NCBI GenBank assembly: GCA_001890965.1
Contig: MLAY01000008.1
Span: 296,341 to 360,340, forward strand
Reading direction: 5' to 3'
Source of the DNA: a marine bacterium AO1-C
Lineage (GTDB): Bacteria; Bacteroidota; Bacteroidia; Cytophagales; Microscillaceae
DNA: 64,000 bases
Part shown: positions 60,550 to 64,000 of the stretch, in pieces
Layout of the letters: every line of letters starts with the position of its first letter
Position numbering within the stretch: the first letter of the stretch is position 1
The notes under the pieces: model-generated
What the model saw: the letters and a program-made list of their open reading frames with translations, nothing else
Database searches by the model: none
What the model was told of the DNA's origin: nothing
Program-made: the position numbers and the translations under genes

Positions 60550-63500
60550 ATGAAATTTCGTGAAATCGTCTCGTTTGAACTCAATTACCGCAAAAATCGA
60601 CCAGCTACCTATATATACTTTTTTATCTTACTAGCCATCTCAGTATTAGCCTTATCTTCTAAAGCAGTCACCTTATTTGGAGCTGGACAATTGGTAAGCG
60701 CCAACTCTCCTGTACTCATCGCCAAAATGATGAGTGCCCTCTCTCTGGTTTTTGTATTCATTACTTCTGCCGTGATGGGGGTCAGTGTATTGCGTGATTT
60801 TGAACACAAAATCGCCAGTTTGTTATACATTACTCCTATTCGCAAATGGCAATACCTTTTGGGGCGTTTTACGGGTTCATTCATTACCTTATTGCTTATT
60901 TTTTTGGGGATTATCATTGGTATGTTATTTACCGAGTTTATTCCCACTCGTCATTCGGCTACCTTATTGCCCTTTAATTTCAAGACTTATCTGTATCCAT
61001 TTTTATTCATAGTACTACCCAACTTATTATTCACTGCCACTTTGTTTTTTATGGCTGGAGCACTCAGTCGCAGTATGTTGTTTGTATACGTACAAGGCAT
61101 TGCATTATTTTTAATTTATACCATTCTCGACGAATCAGTATTTGAGATGATGGGCAACAAAACCCTGGCTGCTCTGCTCGATCCTATGGCTTTGCATACT
61201 TTATTGATAGAGAGCGAGTATTGGTCGGTAGCCCAGCAAAATCAGCAAATGATCAGTCTTAATAGCTTACTCGGTCTCAATCGTCTCATTTGGCTAAGTA
61301 TTACTGTGGTATTATGGCTAGTTGCTTTCAAAAAATTCAAATTTGAACTGATTGGTAAAAAAGTAGTATTCCTGAGAAAGAGAGCCTCTAAAAAAGCACT
61401 TAAACCCACTCCTGCAATCTTAACTCCTGTAGTTCAAATTACTCAAGATGGTTTGCTGAAAAATTTACGTCAAATTCTACGTCAATCATTTTTCTATGCC
61501 AGAATGGTACTAAAAGAAACTCCTTTTCGAGTAATTATGGCTGGCGCACTGGTATTTCTCATCATTGCTTCACTCAACATCGGGGGGAATTATGCCAATG
61601 TAAAAACCTATCCCCTCACCTATATGGTGTTAGAAGCTTTTGGGCGCCTGTCTATATTTTTTATGACTATTATTATCTTCTATGCAGGTGAACTAATTTG
61701 GAAAGAGCGTAGCACCCATTTTGATGTTATTTATGATGCTTTGCCCACCCAAACTTATGTAAACCTATTGGGTAAAATGCTAGGCATGATTTGGGTATTT
61801 GTGGGAGTATTGGGTTTTCTGGTATTAGCTGGTATCATCATCCAGAGTAGTTATCAATACTATAACCATGAAGTGCCTTTGTATTTGCAGGTATTATCTA
61901 CCCAAACCCTGTTTTTTGTGATTTGGTATACAGTATTGGCATTTTTTATCCAAGTAATCATCAACCATAAGTTCTTGGCATACATCGTTACCTTCCTGGT
62001 ATTTGTTACCATCCTTTTGATGGACTTTATTGGCTTAGAACACGGTTTATTCAAATACGGACAAGCAAGTTTAGGGAGGTATTCCGATATGAATGGTTTC
62101 ACTCCAGTATCGTCAGGTTTTGTAGCTTATAGTGTGTATTGGTTTTCTTTGGCAGCCATGCTTATTATTTCAGCAGCATTGCTTTTTGTAAGAGGTAAAG
62201 AAACCACCTTTAGATATCGTCTAACAATTGCCCGTCAGCGATTTGGCAGACCATTGTTCTTTACAGGTATTGCCAGTGCTGTAATTTTTCTTTGCTCAGG
62301 GTTTTATATCTATTACAATACTCAAGTATTGAATGATTTTCAAACTAAAAAGGCGCAAGATTACAAACAAGTAAGGTATGAAAAACAACTCAAACAATTT
62401 GAGGATGTTCCTCAACCTAAAATTACCGATGTAACCCTCAAAATTGATCTGTATCCAGCACAACGACGATATATAGCCAAAGGAGAATACTTGCTTAAAA
62501 ATCTGAATAACCAACCTGTGACTGAAGTTCATGTACAGCATAACCGCATGCTTGACCCACAGGCAAGGCTTACAAACATAACATTTGATAAAGCAGCTAC
62601 TCAAACAAAGGATTTTAAGGAGTTGCCATACACTATCTACAAACTTCAGCAGCCTCTGCAACCTCAAGAGCAAATCAAGATGAGTTTTGTTACCGAATTT
62701 ACAACCGAGGGATTTGTAGAGAAACCTTCTGAACTCTACGAATCGGTGCTTGCCAATGGTACTTTTATGGATAATAGCCATTTCCCTACTTTGGGGTACA
62801 ACCCTGACCTGGAACTGGATGTAGCCAGTGCCCGAAAAAGATACGGATTGCCCGCAAAACAAAACACTTTTGACAGCAACCATCCCAAAGCCCATCAACA
62901 CGGTATTATGGGAGATGATGCTTACAAAATCAATCTAGAGGTAGTGCTTAGCACCGAAACAGATCAAATCGCCATTGCTCCAGGGTATTTACAAAAACAA
63001 TGGAAGCAAGGAAATAGAGCTTATTTTCATTACAAGATGGATCAGCCTATAGAGAATTTTTACAGCATTGTTTCAGCACGTTATCAAGTACTCCGCGATT
63101 CAGTAATGATTCAAGATGGAGAAAAGTCTAAAAAGGTAGATTTGGCCATTTATTATGATGCCAAGCACCAGTATAACCTGAAGAGTATGATGCGTTCTAT
63201 GAAGCATTCATTGCAGTATTGTTCTAAAAACTTTTCACCCTACCAATACCGTCAGTTACGCATTATGGAATTTCCCCGTTATGCTGGTTTTGCTCAGGCA
63301 TTTGCCAATACAGTTCCTTTTTCAGAAGGTATTGGGTTTGTATTGGATCAACGTCAGGCAATAGATATTGCTTATAAAGTAACAGCCCACGAAGTAGGGC
63401 ATCAATGGTGGGGGCACCAGGTAATGGCTGCCCATGTACACGGGGCAGGTATGGTGCTAGAGTCGCTGGCTCAATACAGTTCTGTAATGGTCATGAAAAA

Positions 63501-64000
63501 CCATTTACCTCAGGAACAATTGCAAAAGTATATGGAGTTTGAGCACCATCGCTATTTCCGGGGCCGTACCCGACTAAGAGAAAAAGAAACGCCGCTTAGC
63601 GAAGCCAGTATAGATCCCAATTATCTACAATATGGCAAAGGAGCGGTTAATTTGTTTGCTTTACAGCACTACATTGGTGAAGATAATGTAAACCGAGCTT
63701 TGCGTAACTTTATTCGCCAAACAGATTCATTATCGAAAGAAGAAATCACACATTATGCAACTACTCAAGAGCTCATTGCTTGTATCCGTAAACAAACCCC
63801 CGATAGTTTACAAGTATTTGTGACCGATTTGTTTGAGAAGATTATTTTGTTTGATAACAAAGCCACTAAAGCCAAAGCTACAAAGCAGGGCAATGCATAT
63901 ATGGTGGAATTAACCATAGACGCTCAAAAATTTAAGGTAAATGATCAGGGGCAAGAGCAAAAAATAAAGATCAATGATTGGGTAGATGTGGGCATTTATG
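60550..64000 (+). CDS. ABC-2 family permease fused to an M1 (aminopeptidase N-like) zinc metallopeptidase; 3'-truncated at window end
   Basis: The frame is open from ATG 60550 to the window end (about 1150 codons read without a stop, so it is absent from the ORF track). The N-terminal ~560 aa are polytopic, with 12 or more hydrophobic segments. The C-terminal part carries a gluzincin motif HEVGHQWWG...(18 aa)...LESLAQY (HExxH + E). Listed minus-strand ORFs here are antisense artefacts. Confidence 0.75.
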   Translation, partial: MKFREIVSFELNYRKNRPATYIYFFILLAISVLALSSKAVTLFGAGQLVSANSPVLIAKMMSALSLVFVFITSAVMGVSVLRDFEHKIASLLYITPIRKWQYLLGRFTGSFITLLLIFLGIIIGMLFTEFIPTRHSATLLPFNFKTYLYPFLFIVLPNLLFTATLFFMAGALSRSMLFVYVQGIALFLIYTILDESVFEMMGNKTLAALLDPMALHTLLIESEYWSVAQQNQQMISLNSLLGLNRLIWLSITVVLWLVAFKKFKFELIGKKVVFLRKRASKKALKPTPAILTPVVQITQDGLLKNLRQILRQSFFYARMVLKETPFRVIMAGALVFLIIASLNIGGNYANVKTYPLTYMVLEAFGRLSIFFMTIIIFYAGELIWKERSTHFDVIYDALPTQTYVNLLGKMLGMIWVFVGVLGFLVLAGIIIQSSYQYYNHEVPLYLQVLSTQTLFFVIWYTVLAFFIQVIINHKFLAYIVTFLVFVTILLMDFIGLEHGLFKYGQASLGRYSDMNGFTPVSSGFVAYSVYWFSLAAMLIISAALLFVRGKETTFRYRLTIARQRFGRPLFFTGIASAVIFLCSGFYIYYNTQVLNDFQTKKAQDYKQVRYEKQLKQFEDVPQPKITDVTLKIDLYPAQRRYIAKGEYLLKNLNNQPVTEVHVQHNRMLDPQARLTNITFDKAATQTKDFKELPYTIYKLQQPLQPQEQIKMSFVTEFTTEGFVEKPSELYESVLANGTFMDNSHFPTLGYNPDLELDVASARKRYGLPAKQNTFDSNHPKAHQHGIMGDDAYKINLEVVLSTETDQIAIAPGYLQKQWKQGNRAYFHYKMDQPIENFYSIVSARYQVLRDSVMIQDGEKSKKVDLAIYYDAKHQYNLKSMMRSMKHSLQYCSKNFSPYQYRQLRIMEFPRYAGFAQAFANTVPFSEGIGFVLDQRQAIDIAYKVTAHEVGHQWWGHQVMAAHVHGAGMVLESLAQYSSVMVMKNHLPQEQLQKYMEFEHHRYFRGRTRLREKETPLSEASIDPNYLQYGKGAVNLFALQHYIGEDNVNRALRNFIRQTDSLSKEEITHYATTQELIACIRKQTPDSLQVFVTDLFEKIILFDNKATKAKATKQGNAYMVELTIDAQKFKVNDQGQEQKIKINDWVDVGIY

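Noticed and set aside
60609-62901. Three minus-strand ORFs (112, 80 and 201 aa) listed in the ORF track
   Set aside because: They lie antisense within the long plus-strand permease-M1 peptidase frame, which reads through without stops and has clear TM and HExxH features.
1-64000. CRISPR arrays, integrases, transposases, IS elements and prophage genes
   Set aside because: No regularly spaced short direct repeats were seen. No ORF shows integrase (R..H..R..Y), DDE transposase or phage structural-protein features.

Overview
This looks like a chromosomal segment from a gliding Bacteroidota genome (Cytophagia or Flavobacteriia type). Several proteins end in type IX secretion (T9SS) C-terminal sorting domains, GC content is roughly 40 percent, and the gene order is typical of Bacteroidota. 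The housekeeping backbone is well supported: mutS; the F-type ATP synthase operon atpB-E-F-H-A-G on the minus strand with an upstream bactofilin and M23 peptidase; a class A penicillin-binding protein next to a TPR lipoprotein; a heme-uptake locus (TonB-dependent receptor, HmuY-like lipoprotein, hmuTUV ABC importer, HemS/ChuS-family protein, NosL-like lipoprotein); three T9SS cargo proteins; and a LytS/LytTR two-component system divergent from an ABC ATPase plus an ABC-2 permease fused to an M1 aminopeptidase, which runs off the 3' end of the window.

Between mutS (ending at 8.1 kb) and the atp operon (starting at 27.4 kb) lies an accessory-looking region, and this is the most interesting part. 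It holds five paralogous small ORFs with a Bacteroidetes-type double-glycine leader (MKKLxxxxLxxxxxxxxxxIKGG) followed by Cys-containing core peptides, i.e. candidate RiPP or bacteriocin precursors of the GG-Bacteroidetes kind. They sit among lipoproteins, a two-TM membrane protein, a type III PLP-fold (alanine racemase-like) enzyme, a small secreted YD-repeat protein, and a 1515-aa alpha-2-macroglobulin-like thioester protein (CFEQ motif) with no signal peptide. The region also contains a 1.4-kb ORF-free stretch of degenerate, out-of-order 23S rRNA-like segments plus a tRNA-Asp-like 3' fragment, a pair of about 110-bp direct repeats upstream of mutS and of the next gene, and 29-bp direct repeats around a short GC-rich structured segment.

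No CRISPR array, integrase, transposase or phage genes were recognised. All calls rest on reading the sequence and recognising motifs; no searches were run.
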